DNA from: a virus | Lineage: Duplodnaviria; Caudoviricetes | Virus record (IMG/VR): IMGVR_UViG_3300049795_000015 | Span: 1-53,319 of that record | Strand: one strand, 5' to 3' | DNA length: 53,319 nucleotides | Part shown: piece by piece, positions 9,073 through 18,157 of the stretch | Numbering within the stretch: position 1 is the first letter of the stretch | Layout: the number at the start of each line of letters is the position of its first letter | The notes under the pieces: generated by a model | What the model saw: the letters and a program-made list of their open reading frames with translations, nothing else | What the model was told of the DNA's origin: nothing | Databases searched by the model: none | Program-made: the position numbers and the translations under genes

Positions 9073-12059
9073 CTAAACTCAATCACGACTTCGAGACACG
9101 CTCGCGCGTCGACTTGCCGAAGCGCGGCCTCGACGTGTACGCGCGTGACCCTTCGACGAAGGTCCTGATGTTATCTTGGGCAGTTGACGACGGCAAGGTA
9201 TCGCTGTGGGAGCCGCACAAGGGAAAGGCTCCTGCGGAGTTGCGCGATGCCTTGCTCGATCCGCACGTTGAGAAGCACGCGTGGAACGATAATTTCGAGC
9301 GGACGATATTCGAGCACGTGCTGAAGATCAAGGTGCCGGGAACTTGGCGCGACACCATGAAGAAGGCGCGGTATCTCTCTCTGCCGGGAGCGCTGTTCGA
9401 ATGCGGCCCGATTGTCGGTATCGACGCGGACAAACAGAAAATGTCGTCCGGTCGTGCGCTCATTAATAAATTTTGCAAACCGCGCACCGAAAAACAGCGC
9501 ACAGCAGCGAAACCCTGGGAGTTCAACGATTGGACGACGGACCCGGAAGCGTGGGATGAGTTCGGGCGCTACTGCGTGATCGACACCGAGGCGGAACGCG
9601 CGATTGCGAAGAAGTTTGACGCCTACCAGATGCCGGAGCGCGAATGGGAAATTGCCGCGCTTGATCGCGTCATCAATTTGCGCGGACTGCCGATCGACGT
9701 GCCGTTCGTGATGAGCGCCATAACAATGGCGGATCGCGCAAAACTCGATCTGAAACGCGAACTGAGAGACCTCTGCGGTGCGGTCAACGTAACCGGCGTG
9801 GCAGCGTTTCAGGAGTGGGCGAAGAAACTCGGATATCCCTTCAATGACATGCGCAAGGACACGGTGAAACGAGCACTGAGCGACTTCCTGAAAGAGAAGG
9901 ACGCGAATACGCTTCTGCTACGCAAAGCGCTAGGCGTGCGGTCTGATGCGACCAAGACGGCAACGTCGAAGTACAACGCGCTCATGGATCGGCAGCACGA
10001 AGGCATTCTGCGAGGCACGTTCGAGTTCTACGGCGCACAGCGCACGGGCCGATGGGCGGGCCGAGGATTTCAACCGCAGAATCTGAAGAAGCCCGACAAG
10101 AATATCGCGAAGAAACTCGACTACGTGACGCAGCTAGTGCGTGACGACGACTATGACAACATCGATTTCGAGTTCGGGTATCCGATTCGCGTGCTAGGGT
10201 CAGTCGTTCGGTCCTCGATACGTGCGCGGCCGGGGAAGATTTTGCGCGTTGCGGATTTGAACGCGATTGAGAACCGGGTACTCGGATGGCTTGCCGGATG
10301 CAAGCGCACACTAGGCGTCTTCGAGCGCAACCTCGACCCGTACAAGGCGTTCGGTGTACATCTCTATCAGACGCCATACGACCAGATTACGGCAGAACAG
10401 CGCACCGGAAGCAAGCCGGCCGTCCTCGGCGCCGGCTACCGCCTAGGGGGCGGCACGCTGATGAAAAACAAAAAAGGCGATATCGTGAAGACCGGCTTGT
10501 GGGGCTACGCCGAGAACATGGGGATCGTCATATCGAAAGAAGAGTCATGGCAAGCCGTTGCGGTCTTTCGCGAGATTCATCCGGCGATCGTCAAGTTCTG
10601 GTACGCGCTTGAAGAGGCGGCGTTACGCGCAGTCAATCAGCGCATACCTACCCGCGTCGGGCATCTCGTTCTCGATTATGTGAAAGGGTTCTTGCGGATC
10701 AAGCTGCCGTCAGGCCGGCACCTCTACTATCTTCGGCCGCACTATAAATCGGTGAAGTTTATCGGTCCTGAGGGTCCGTACTACAAGGACTGCCTGCACT
10801 ACGAAGGCGTCGATCAAGTAACAAAACGATGGGGGGTTTTGACGACGCACGGCGGGAAGATTTGCGAAAATTGTCTCGGCAGTAAAACTCGCGTTTTGAC
10901 ACCATCCGGCGTACAATTCATTTCGGATATTCGTAAAGGAGACTCGGTGTGGGACGGCATGGAATGGGTGACGACGGAAGGGGTGATAAATCAGGGGACG
11001 CAGCCCGTAGGGGAGTGGATGGGAATCCGAGTAACGCGAGAGCACCTGATAAACGATGGGAACTCGTGGCGACCAGTGTGCGAGATGGACGCCAATACAA
11101 GTCGCTCCGCCCTAAAGTTGGCGCACGATTTGGACACCTCGTCGTTGTCGCCCCCGGGACTAGTACCTACGAGCCAACGGGGTGCCTGTGCGACTGCGGG
11201 AAGGGCTGCACAATCGACACACGCCGCCTTTGGCGAGAGCAAGTGGGGCAGTGCAAAGATTGCGGTTGGGCCAAGGCGGGGCAGCGGAACCCGCAGTACG
11301 TCGGTCTGTTCCCCACTAAAGAACTTCAAAACACTTGGAGCCATCGCTATACGGGAATGGTTTCGCGGTGTACTGACATGTTTCACGACGCCTACGACAA
11401 CTACGGTCGGCGAGGCATCACAGTCTACAAACCGTGGCTCGACGACCGAATGGTATTTTTCAGATACATTAAACACCTTCGCGGGTGGAACCGAGCGGGC
11501 CTCGATCTGGATCGCAAAGACAACAACAAGGGCTATGAGCCGGGAAATCTCAGGCTCGTTTCCCGCTCGGTCAACACCCTCAATAGGCGCAATACACGCT
11601 TCGTCAAACACGACGGTCGAAAAATGCGGTACAGCGATTTTTGGCGGGAGTTCTGCCCCAAGTGGTCCTACAACACCGCTATTCGGCACTTCAACGAAGG
11701 GGAGCACTCCCGATGGATCGTGGAGAGATACCGGGCAACGAGAGGAAGTGTTTGACTTGCTAGACTGCGGCCCCCGGCATCAGTTTGCCGTCGTGACGGA
11801 CTACGGCCTGGTCATCGTGCACAACTGTTGCCAAGCCGTCGCGCGTGACGTGCTCGCCGAGGGACTGCTTGAAGCGGAACGAGAGGGGTTCTACACCGTG
11901 GGGCACGTACACGACGAAATAATTACGGAGCAAGATGTTGACGACACCTGCCACACACACGAATTGCTCGAACAGGTAATGTGTCGAAAGGCCAAGTGGG
12001 CCGAAGGACTGCCCCTTGCGGCAGCAGGGTTCAGCAGCGAAATTTACAAAAAGGATTGA
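9069..12059 (+). CDS. polA: Family A DNA polymerase with intein
   Basis: Exo I HDFETRS, TGRWAG, motif A ADLNAIENR, motif B K.AVLGAGY, GGK..EN/..QAVARD, motif C HVHDEI. Confidence 0.95.
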   Translation: MTKLNHDFETRSRVDLPKRGLDVYARDPSTKVLMLSWAVDDGKVSLWEPHKGKAPAELRDALLDPHVEKHAWNDNFERTIFEHVLKIKVPGTWRDTMKKARYLSLPGALFECGPIVGIDADKQKMSSGRALINKFCKPRTEKQRTAAKPWEFNDWTTDPEAWDEFGRYCVIDTEAERAIAKKFDAYQMPEREWEIAALDRVINLRGLPIDVPFVMSAITMADRAKLDLKRELRDLCGAVNVTGVAAFQEWAKKLGYPFNDMRKDTVKRALSDFLKEKDANTLLLRKALGVRSDATKTATSKYNALMDRQHEGILRGTFEFYGAQRTGRWAGRGFQPQNLKKPDKNIAKKLDYVTQLVRDDDYDNIDFEFGYPIRVLGSVVRSSIRARPGKILRVADLNAIENRVLGWLAGCKRTLGVFERNLDPYKAFGVHLYQTPYDQITAEQRTGSKPAVLGAGYRLGGGTLMKNKKGDIVKTGLWGYAENMGIVISKEESWQAVAVFREIHPAIVKFWYALEEAALRAVNQRIPTRVGHLVLDYVKGFLRIKLPSGRHLYYLRPHYKSVKFIGPEGPYYKDCLHYEGVDQVTKRWGVLTTHGGKICENCLGSKTRVLTPSGVQFISDIRKGDSVWDGMEWVTTEGVINQGTQPVGEWMGIRVTREHLINDGNSWRPVCEMDANTSRSALKLAHDLDTSSLSPPGLVPTSQRGACATAGRAAQSTHAAFGESKWGSAKIAVGPRRGSGTRSTSVCSPLKNFKTLGAIAIREWFRGVLTCFTTPTTTTVGEASQSTNRGSTTEWYFSDTLNTFAGGTERASIWIAKTTTRAMSREISGSFPARSTPSIGAIHASSNTTVEKCGTAIFGGSSAPSGPTTPLFGTSTKGSTPDGSWRDTGQREEVFDLLDCGPRHQFAVVTDYGLVIVHNCCQAVARDVLAEGLLEAEREGFYTVGHVHDEIITEQDVDDTCHTHELLEQVMCRKAKWAEGLPLAAAGFSSEIYKKD
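10872..11825 (+). mobile_element. Intein (318 aa, class 1) in PolA, with no in-frame endonuclease
   Basis: Block A CLGSKTRV, block B VTREH, block F VFDL, block G IVHN|C(+1); removal restores GGKICEN-CCQAVARD. Confidence 0.92.
10949..11755 (+). CDS. HNH-family endonuclease in an alternative frame inside the PolA intein (true start probably GTG at 11066 or 11078)
   Basis: GARFGHLVV, CLCDCG, CKDCG, M..RC, YDNYGRRGITV..W, LDRKDNNKGYEPGNLRLVSRSVNTLNRRN. Confidence 0.85.
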   Translation: MGRHGMGDDGRGDKSGDAARRGVDGNPSNARAPDKRWELVATSVRDGRQYKSLRPKVGARFGHLVVVAPGTSTYEPTGCLCDCGKGCTIDTRRLWREQVGQCKDCGWAKAGQRNPQYVGLFPTKELQNTWSHRYTGMVSRCTDMFHDAYDNYGRRGITVYKPWLDDRMVFFRYIKHLRGWNRAGLDLDRKDNNKGYEPGNLRLVSRSVNTLNRRNTRFVKHDGRKMRYSDFWREFCPKWSYNTAIRHFNEGEHSRWIVERYRATRGSV

Positions 12060-12062
12060 CCA

Positions 12063-12407
12063 GTGCAACCGCTCAAACTCGTCCCGAAAGAGAAACAAGT
12101 AAAGAAAAAAGACGAGAAGAAACGCGAGTCGTATATCGAGGGCAAGGTCAAAGACCGTGCGCGCGACATCGGCTTTTGGGTTCGGAAATTCGTGAGTCCG
12201 GGGCACAAGTCATCGCCGGACGACATTTTTGTTGAGCACAAGAATGGCAAAATCGTTCGATGGTTTTTCATCGAATTCAAAGCAACCGGCGAGGCGGAGA
12301 CACTGGCACAACACGACTGCCACGTCGAGATGAGGGAGGCGGGCATGACGGTATATGTCGTCGACAACGTGGAAGACGGCTATGCGATTCTCGAAGGCAT
12401 CGCGTGA
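12063..12407 (+). CDS. VRR-NUC nuclease
   Basis: ESYIE, KFVSPG..SPDD, FIEFKA, Q..H..MR..G..VYVVD. Confidence 0.88.
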   Translation: MQPLKLVPKEKQVKKKDEKKRESYIEGKVKDRARDIGFWVRKFVSPGHKSSPDDIFVEHKNGKIVRWFFIEFKATGEAETLAQHDCHVEMREAGMTVYVVDNVEDGYAILEGIA

Positions 12408-13867
12408 TCCTGCAACGCGATCAACTGCATGCGTATCAAGAACGCTTCGTTGCGTTCATCCTCCGCGTCGCGTGCTGCGCCGGATGGATCGACCTCGGCC
12501 TCGGAAAGACCGTCTCGGCGCTGACGGCGTTCAACGATCTGCGCGAAAAGTTCCTCGCGCATCGCTGTCTGGTCGTCGGGCCTCTGCGCGTCGTCACGAG
12601 CACGTGGCCCGATGAGATTGCGAAGTGGGCGCACCTGCGGCACCTGACCTACAGCGTTGTGTGCGGCACCGAAGAAGAACGCCTGACGGCGCTACGCAAG
12701 CCGGCCGACATCTACCTCATCAACTTTGACAATCTCCCGTGGCTAGAGAAGCAGATCGGCATGCACAAAATGCCGTTCGACATCGCGATTATCGACGAGT
12801 CGAGCGCGTTCAAGAACCGAGACGGCATCCGGTTCAAGGTCATGCGCCGTATGGCGCGACTGGCAACGCGAGTAATCGAGTTGACGGCGACGCCGGCGCC
12901 TAACTCCTACCTCGAACTGTGGCCGCAGTTCTACCTCGTAGACGGCGGCGCGCGACTGTTCGACAACATCACGGAATACCGCAATCGCTACTTCAGTTAC
13001 GTCGGTGCGTACGGCGAGGGCAAGTGGGTCATCAAGAAAGGGGCGAAAGAAGTCATTCAAGATCGCATCCGCGACATCACCATGACGATGCTGTCGAAAG
13101 ACTATCTGAAGATGCCGCCGATCTTGCCGCCGAACGATATCGTTATCGAACTCAACAAGGCAGACCGCAAGCGCTACGACGACGCGGAGAAAAGTTCGAT
13201 TCTGAAACTGACAGACGGCGTACAGGTGCGCGCGCCGAACGCCGTAGCCCTTGCGATCAAGCTAATGCAGTTGGCGAACGGCGTCGTGTACGACACGGAC
13301 AAGGTGCAGCACGACATCCATACGCAGAAGATCGAGGCGCTGAAAGAGATACACGACTCGGCCCTCGGTGAGCCGCTGCTAGTTACGTATCAGTTCAAGA
13401 GTGACAAGGATCGCATCCTGCGCGCGTTTCCCTCGGCGGTCTTGCTCGACAACGACCCCGAGACGATACGCCGTTGGAACCGGGGCGAAATCGACATCCT
13501 GCTCATGCACCCCAAGAGCGGAGGACACGGCCTGAACCTGCAATTCGGCGGCAACGTCATCGTATGGTATTCCCTCGGATGGTCGCTTGAACTGTACCTG
13601 CAGTTGATCGGGCGTCTGCGCCGGCAAGGGCAGACGCGGCCCGTGTCGGTCTATCGCCTCATCGTACGCAACACCGTCGACGAAATTCTGCGCGACGTTC
13701 TTGCGTACAAAGGGTCGCAACTCGAATCACTCCTGGAGGCGATGAAGGTCACGGTCGACGACGAAGAGATACCGATGCCGACGAAGGAAGTGCTCGCAGC
13801 GGAATTGACACGCCACTTGATGAAGCGATTGACAGCCGAGTCGAAGGCCGATACTGTCTGCACCTAG
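12404..13867 (+). CDS. SNF2-family helicase
   Basis: LHAYQ, DLGLGKT, IIDESS, LTATP, GHGLNLQ, QLIGRLRRQGQ; GTG start overlapping the VRR-NUC stop. Confidence 0.92.
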   Translation: MILQRDQLHAYQERFVAFILRVACCAGWIDLGLGKTVSALTAFNDLREKFLAHRCLVVGPLRVVTSTWPDEIAKWAHLRHLTYSVVCGTEEERLTALRKPADIYLINFDNLPWLEKQIGMHKMPFDIAIIDESSAFKNRDGIRFKVMRRMARLATRVIELTATPAPNSYLELWPQFYLVDGGARLFDNITEYRNRYFSYVGAYGEGKWVIKKGAKEVIQDRIRDITMTMLSKDYLKMPPILPPNDIVIELNKADRKRYDDAEKSSILKLTDGVQVRAPNAVALAIKLMQLANGVVYDTDKVQHDIHTQKIEALKEIHDSALGEPLLVTYQFKSDKDRILRAFPSAVLLDNDPETIRRWNRGEIDILLMHPKSGGHGLNLQFGGNVIVWYSLGWSLELYLQLIGRLRRQGQTRPVSVYRLIVRNTVDEILRDVLAYKGSQLESLLEAMKVTVDDEEIPMPTKEVLAAELTRHLMKRLTAESKADTVCT

Positions 13868-13963
13868 GTGGCCGTATTGAACGCGAAGCGAATCGACATC
13901 CCCTTACACGAGTCGTCATAGCCAGTTCGACCACCACCGGTCTCCCTCTGTGCGTGGCGCTTT

Positions 13964-13993
13964 AGGCCGAGGCTCACCCCTCGGCCTCTTTTT
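13964..13993 (+). terminator. Rho-independent terminator
   Basis: AGGCCGAGG...CCTCGGCCT stem plus T-run. Confidence 0.7.
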
Positions 13994-14033
13994 CTCTTCC
14001 CTTTTATCTTCAGGTGCTATATACAGGCACCCC

Positions 14034-14240
14034 ATGAAGACAGTTCTGCACCAACTTGAGAGTTTCCTGCTGCGCGGCCCGGTCGAGGCGGCGAAGACGC
14101 TCGGCGTAAGCTACTCAAGCTATGCCGCGATGAAAGCAGGCTCCCGCGAAATCCCCCTCTACGTGCGATACCATGCCGAGACGATCCAGGCGCTAGACGC
14201 CGATCGGCTACACCGACTACTCAAGGATCGATTGAAATGA
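14034..14240 (+). CDS. Small HTH protein
   Basis: EAAKTLGVSYSSYAAMKAG HTH pattern; ATGA-coupled to terS. Confidence 0.7.
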   Translation: MKTVLHQLESFLLRGPVEAAKTLGVSYSSYAAMKAGSREIPLYVRYHAETIQALDADRLHRLLKDRLK

Positions 14241-14839
14241 ACGCTCGCGTACCTAGTCACACGGAGATTGCGCTCGGCCTCACGGCGGCACAACTCGCTA
14301 AGATTTTTCGCACGAGCACGATCAACGTTCAGCGCAAGGTCAGCCTCCTGTCGCCGGTCGGGTTCCGAAACAATGCACCGATCTACGATATCGCGGAGGC
14401 GGCGCAGTTCCTCGTCAAGGCCACGGCGGACATCGAACAACTGCTCAAAGAGATGCGTCCTTCCGATATGCCGGCGTCGCTGCAGAAAGACTTCTGGGGC
14501 GCGCAGTTGCAGCGGCAGACGTACGAGGAAAAGGCCGGCAAACTGTGGAAAACGGATCGCGTGCAGGAAGCCTTCGGCAGCATCTTCAAACTGATTCGGC
14601 AACGCGTGGTGCTATTCACGGATACCGTCGACCGACAACACGAATTGAGTACGTCGCAGCGACTAGTCGTACAAACAATGGCTGATGCCCTCCTGGAGGA
14701 CATCCGCCTCGGCGTTGTCGATCTGTTCGAGAACAACTACGATCCGGCCGGCGAGCGCGATGACGTGTTCGAGAACGGCCCGCCGAAAGCAAAAGGCGGG
14801 GGCGATTTCGAAGAATTCGAGGATGAAGATGGCCTCTGA
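14237..14839 (+). CDS. terS: Terminase small subunit (DUF1441/Nu1-like)
   Basis: N-terminal wHTH (LTAAQLAKIF), LQKDFW, directly upstream of terL. Confidence 0.85.
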   Translation: MNARVPSHTEIALGLTAAQLAKIFRTSTINVQRKVSLLSPVGFRNNAPIYDIAEAAQFLVKATADIEQLLKEMRPSDMPASLQKDFWGAQLQRQTYEEKAGKLWKTDRVQEAFGSIFKLIRQRVVLFTDTVDRQHELSTSQRLVVQTMADALLEDIRLGVVDLFENNYDPAGERDDVFENGPPKAKGGGDFEEFEDEDGL

Positions 14840-17800
14840 GGAACGGTACAACAGCATAGGCAGCATCGCGCTCGACATGGGCGATACGCTACGCCCTCCG
14901 CAACGCCTGACAGTCGCCTCGGCAGCAGAGAAATATCGGCACCTTAATAACCCCGGATCGTACGTCGGCCCGTGGATGCACGCGACTACGCCGTACTTGG
15001 TCGAGCCGATGGAGTCGCTGACGGATCGCGATCACGACGCCGTAGTTTTCGTAGGTCCCGCACAATCGGGGAAAGCGCTTGCGGTAGACACCCCCATTGC
15101 AACGCCGACAGGATGGACGAACATGGGGGGCCTGCAAGCGGGTGACGAGATATTTGACGAGCGCGGAAAGCCCTGCCGCGTTACGTTCGTTACGGGCGTG
15201 ATGCAGGATCGCGTTTGCTACGAGGTTGCGTTTGACGACGGCGAGGTCATCGTCGCGGATGCAGAGCACCTATGGGCGGTCAACGACACATGGGGGGCAG
15301 GTAAGACGGTCACGACAGATTGGCTCAAAGAGCGCTACCGCATCGCGCACCGCAAAACGGGCAAGGCCCGTTATCGTTTTTCGATACCCGTTACTGCGCC
15401 TCTCGACACCCCGAAGAAAGCGCTGCCGATACCGCCGTACGTACTCGGCGCGTGGCTCGGCGACGGCGCATGTCATACGGCGCATTTCACCCTCAACACG
15501 TACGACGCGGAGGACATAACGCGCATGTGCGCAGAGCACGGATGGCGGGCGAAAGAACACTTCTACAACGGGCAAGGGAGCCGCGACTTTACCCTGTGGC
15601 GCGACGGCGTTAGTCTGCACTCAGTATTGAAAAAGCACATCGGGGCGAAGCACATACCGGAAGGGTATTTGCGCGCGTCGAGAAAACAACGTCTTGACCT
15701 ACTGGCAGGACTGCTCGACACAGACGGCGGTATCGAGGGCGGATCGCAGTGCTTCAGCACGTCCAGTGCGGTTCTCGCGGGGCAAGTTGCGGAATTGCTC
15801 TCGACGCTAGGAATTAAATTTGCGCAACGAAGCGCAATTCCGTTCTACACGTACAAAGGGGAGCGGAAGCAGGGGCAACTCTCCTACTCTTTAGACTTCA
15901 CGTCGTCGCACTGCTATCTGCGTGCGAGCCGTAAAGTGGCGATGTTCAACGCGTTCGGAAAGAAACGGCGCGATAGCCACACGACCCGCCGATGGATACG
16001 CGACATTCGCCTGGTCGAGTCGGTGCCTGTGAAGTGCATCACGGTCGACTCATCCTCGCGACTTTACCTGTGCGGAAAGGGCATGGTCCCGACGCACAAT
16101 ACCGAAATAACTCTAAATTGGATTAATCACTCAGTCATTTGTGACCCGATGGACATGATCGTCTACGACAAATCGCAAGTCTCCGCACGTGATTTCTCGA
16201 AGCGTCGTGTCGATCGTATGCACCGGCACAGCCCCGAGGTCGGCGCGCGCATGATCCAAAAGGCCGACGCGGATAACGTCTTCGACAAGATATACAAGAG
16301 CGGCATGATCCTCACACTATCGTGGCCTTCGATCGCGGAGTTATCGGGGCGCCCCGTGGGGCGCGTCGCACAGGTCGACTACGACCGCATGCCGGAAGAC
16401 GTAGACGGGGAAGGCTCCCCGTTCGACCTCGGGCGCAAACGGACAACGACGTTCGGCTCGTCTGCCATGACCTTGGCTGAGTCCTCGCCGGGGTACGAGA
16501 TTACGGATACCAAGTGGATGCGACGTACGCCCCACGAAGCGCCCCCGTCGAAAGGCATTCTCTCGCTCTACAACCGAGGCGATCGCCGCCGATGGTACTG
16601 GCACTGTGAGCACTGCCGCGAATGGTTCGAGCCGGAGTTCTCGCTGCTCAAGTGGGTCGAGAAGGAAGACGCCGTAGCGACGGCTAAGTCGGTGCACCTC
16701 ATGTGCCCACATTGCCAAGTGTTGATCCCCCCGAGCGACAAAGCGCGAATGAACCGACAAGGCCGATGGGTCTCGGAAGGTCTCAAGATACGGCGCGACG
16801 GATCGCTCGAAGGCACGCCGGTTAGGTCCGACATCATCAGCTACTGGCTCAAGGGACCTGCTGCGGCCTTCGCCCCGTGGCACACATTGGTCAGTCGGTA
16901 TCTCGCGGCAGAACAAGAGTTCCTTCGCACGGGGTCGCAGGAAGCGCTCAAGGCCACGGTCAACACGGACCAGGGCGAACCCTACTACCCGCGCGGCACG
17001 CAGTCTGAGCGCCTTCCTGACGCGTTGAAGGAACTCGCGATCGATCTGCCGAAGCACGTCATTCCCGAAACGGTGAATTTTCTGATCGCCACGGCCGACG
17101 TGCAGAAGAACCGATGGGAGATACAGATCACGGGCGTCGGGCCGGGGGCGCCGTTCGCCCTGACGGTCATCGATCGTTTCCCGATCGTGAAGTCGAAGCG
17201 CCTGGACGATGAAGGCGATCCGCTATGGGTCAAACCTGCAGCCTTTCTCGAAGACTGGGCACTGCTAGAAACGGAAGTGTTAGAAAAGCGCTACGAGACG
17301 CACGACGGCGGGTCGATGGGCGTCGCCTTCCTCGGTTGTGATTCGGGTGGTCGCGAAGGCGTTACCGAGAAGGCGTACGACTGGTTCCGACAGTTGCGCA
17401 AAAAAGGGGCCGGCGAACACAACCGGGTGTTCCTCATCAAGGGCGATCACACACCGGCGTCGCCTCGGACCCGCATCAGCTACCCGGACTCGGCACGCAA
17501 GGATCGCAAGGCAGCGGCCCGCGGCGAGATACCCGTGTTGCTCCTGAACGTCAACATGCTTAAAGATCAAATGCAGAATATGCTGGAGCGCAACGACACG
17601 ACGATCCCGGCGATCACCTATCCCGCGTGGCTCCCTGACGACTGGTTCAACGAAATGTGTGCGGAACGACGCACTGTCAAAGGATGGGAGAACCCACGCA
17701 AGGCGCGCAACGAGGCATGGGATTTGACGAACTATGCGATCGGCATTTGCGTGCATAAAAAGGTCGATCGTCTCAACTGGGAAGACCCGCCTGCCTTCGC

Positions 17801-17921
17801 GGCACAGTCGGAAAAGAACCCGTATCTAGTCCGACCTAGCACAAATGCGCAAAAAAGTCTTGATAAAAGTCCAAAAGGTCAATACTCTTCGCTCCGTGAA
17901 CTAGCGGCAACACTTACTTGA
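14829..17921 (+). CDS. terL: Terminase large subunit (lambda GpA family) with intein
   Basis: TPYLVEPM, Walker A GPAQSGK/T, CEHC..CPHC, GCDSGG, RNEAWD; GAGGA RBS before ATG 14829. Confidence 0.95.
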   Translation: MASEERYNSIGSIALDMGDTLRPPQRLTVASAAEKYRHLNNPGSYVGPWMHATTPYLVEPMESLTDRDHDAVVFVGPAQSGKALAVDTPIATPTGWTNMGGLQAGDEIFDERGKPCRVTFVTGVMQDRVCYEVAFDDGEVIVADAEHLWAVNDTWGAGKTVTTDWLKERYRIAHRKTGKARYRFSIPVTAPLDTPKKALPIPPYVLGAWLGDGACHTAHFTLNTYDAEDITRMCAEHGWRAKEHFYNGQGSRDFTLWRDGVSLHSVLKKHIGAKHIPEGYLRASRKQRLDLLAGLLDTDGGIEGGSQCFSTSSAVLAGQVAELLSTLGIKFAQRSAIPFYTYKGERKQGQLSYSLDFTSSHCYLRASRKVAMFNAFGKKRRDSHTTRRWIRDIRLVESVPVKCITVDSSSRLYLCGKGMVPTHNTEITLNWINHSVICDPMDMIVYDKSQVSARDFSKRRVDRMHRHSPEVGARMIQKADADNVFDKIYKSGMILTLSWPSIAELSGRPVGRVAQVDYDRMPEDVDGEGSPFDLGRKRTTTFGSSAMTLAESSPGYEITDTKWMRRTPHEAPPSKGILSLYNRGDRRRWYWHCEHCREWFEPEFSLLKWVEKEDAVATAKSVHLMCPHCQVLIPPSDKARMNRQGRWVSEGLKIRRDGSLEGTPVRSDIISYWLKGPAAAFAPWHTLVSRYLAAEQEFLRTGSQEALKATVNTDQGEPYYPRGTQSERLPDALKELAIDLPKHVIPETVNFLIATADVQKNRWEIQITGVGPGAPFALTVIDRFPIVKSKRLDDEGDPLWVKPAAFLEDWALLETEVLEKRYETHDGGSMGVAFLGCDSGGREGVTEKAYDWFRQLRKKGAGEHNRVFLIKGDHTPASPRTRISYPDSARKDRKAAARGEIPVLLLNVNMLKDQMQNMLERNDTTIPAITYPAWLPDDWFNEMCAERRTVKGWENPRKARNEAWDLTNYAIGICVHKKVDRLNWEDPPAFAAQSEKNPYLVRPSTNAQKSLDKSPKGQYSSLRELAATLT
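15075..16100 (+). mobile_element. Class 3 intein (342 aa) with LAGLIDADG endonuclease
   Basis: Ala1 ALAVDTPI, block B ADAEHLW, LGAWLGDG and LAGLLDTDG, block F VKCITV, PTHN|T(+1). Confidence 0.93.
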
Positions 17922-17930
17922 AGGCACACA

Positions 17931-18155
17931 ATGGCAACTTTGACTGACGCGCAACGACTGACCGCCGCACGCGACGCCCTGCACTCCCTGAACACGGGTA
18001 CGGCGGCGCGGGTCGTCGTCGACCAGAACGGCGAGCGCGTCGAGTTCAACACAGCCAACGCGGATCGCCTGCGGGCCTACATCGCCGAACTCGAAACCCT
18101 CGTCGCGACAGGCACACGTCCCTCCCGCCGTCCGATGATGCCGTTTTTCTCCTGA
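17931..18155 (+). CDS. Head-tail adaptor gpW-like
   Basis: ARDALHSL.TG..VV..NGERVEF...LRAYIAELE; lies between terL and portal. Confidence 0.88.
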   Translation: MATLTDAQRLTAARDALHSLNTGTAARVVVDQNGERVEFNTANADRLRAYIAELETLVATGTRPSRRPMMPFFS

Positions 18156-18157
18156 CC

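Noticed and set aside
10991-11707. Third (antisense) gene in the intein
   Set aside because: In codon register with the HNH frame and without motifs; most likely its antisense shadow.
10872-11825. Group I intron carrying an HNH ORF
   Set aside because: The polymerase frame is open throughout and bounded by complete intein splicing motifs.
14685-14828. Longer terL N-terminus from the ORF track
   Set aside because: Overlaps terS by 155 bp; ATG 14829 has a good RBS.
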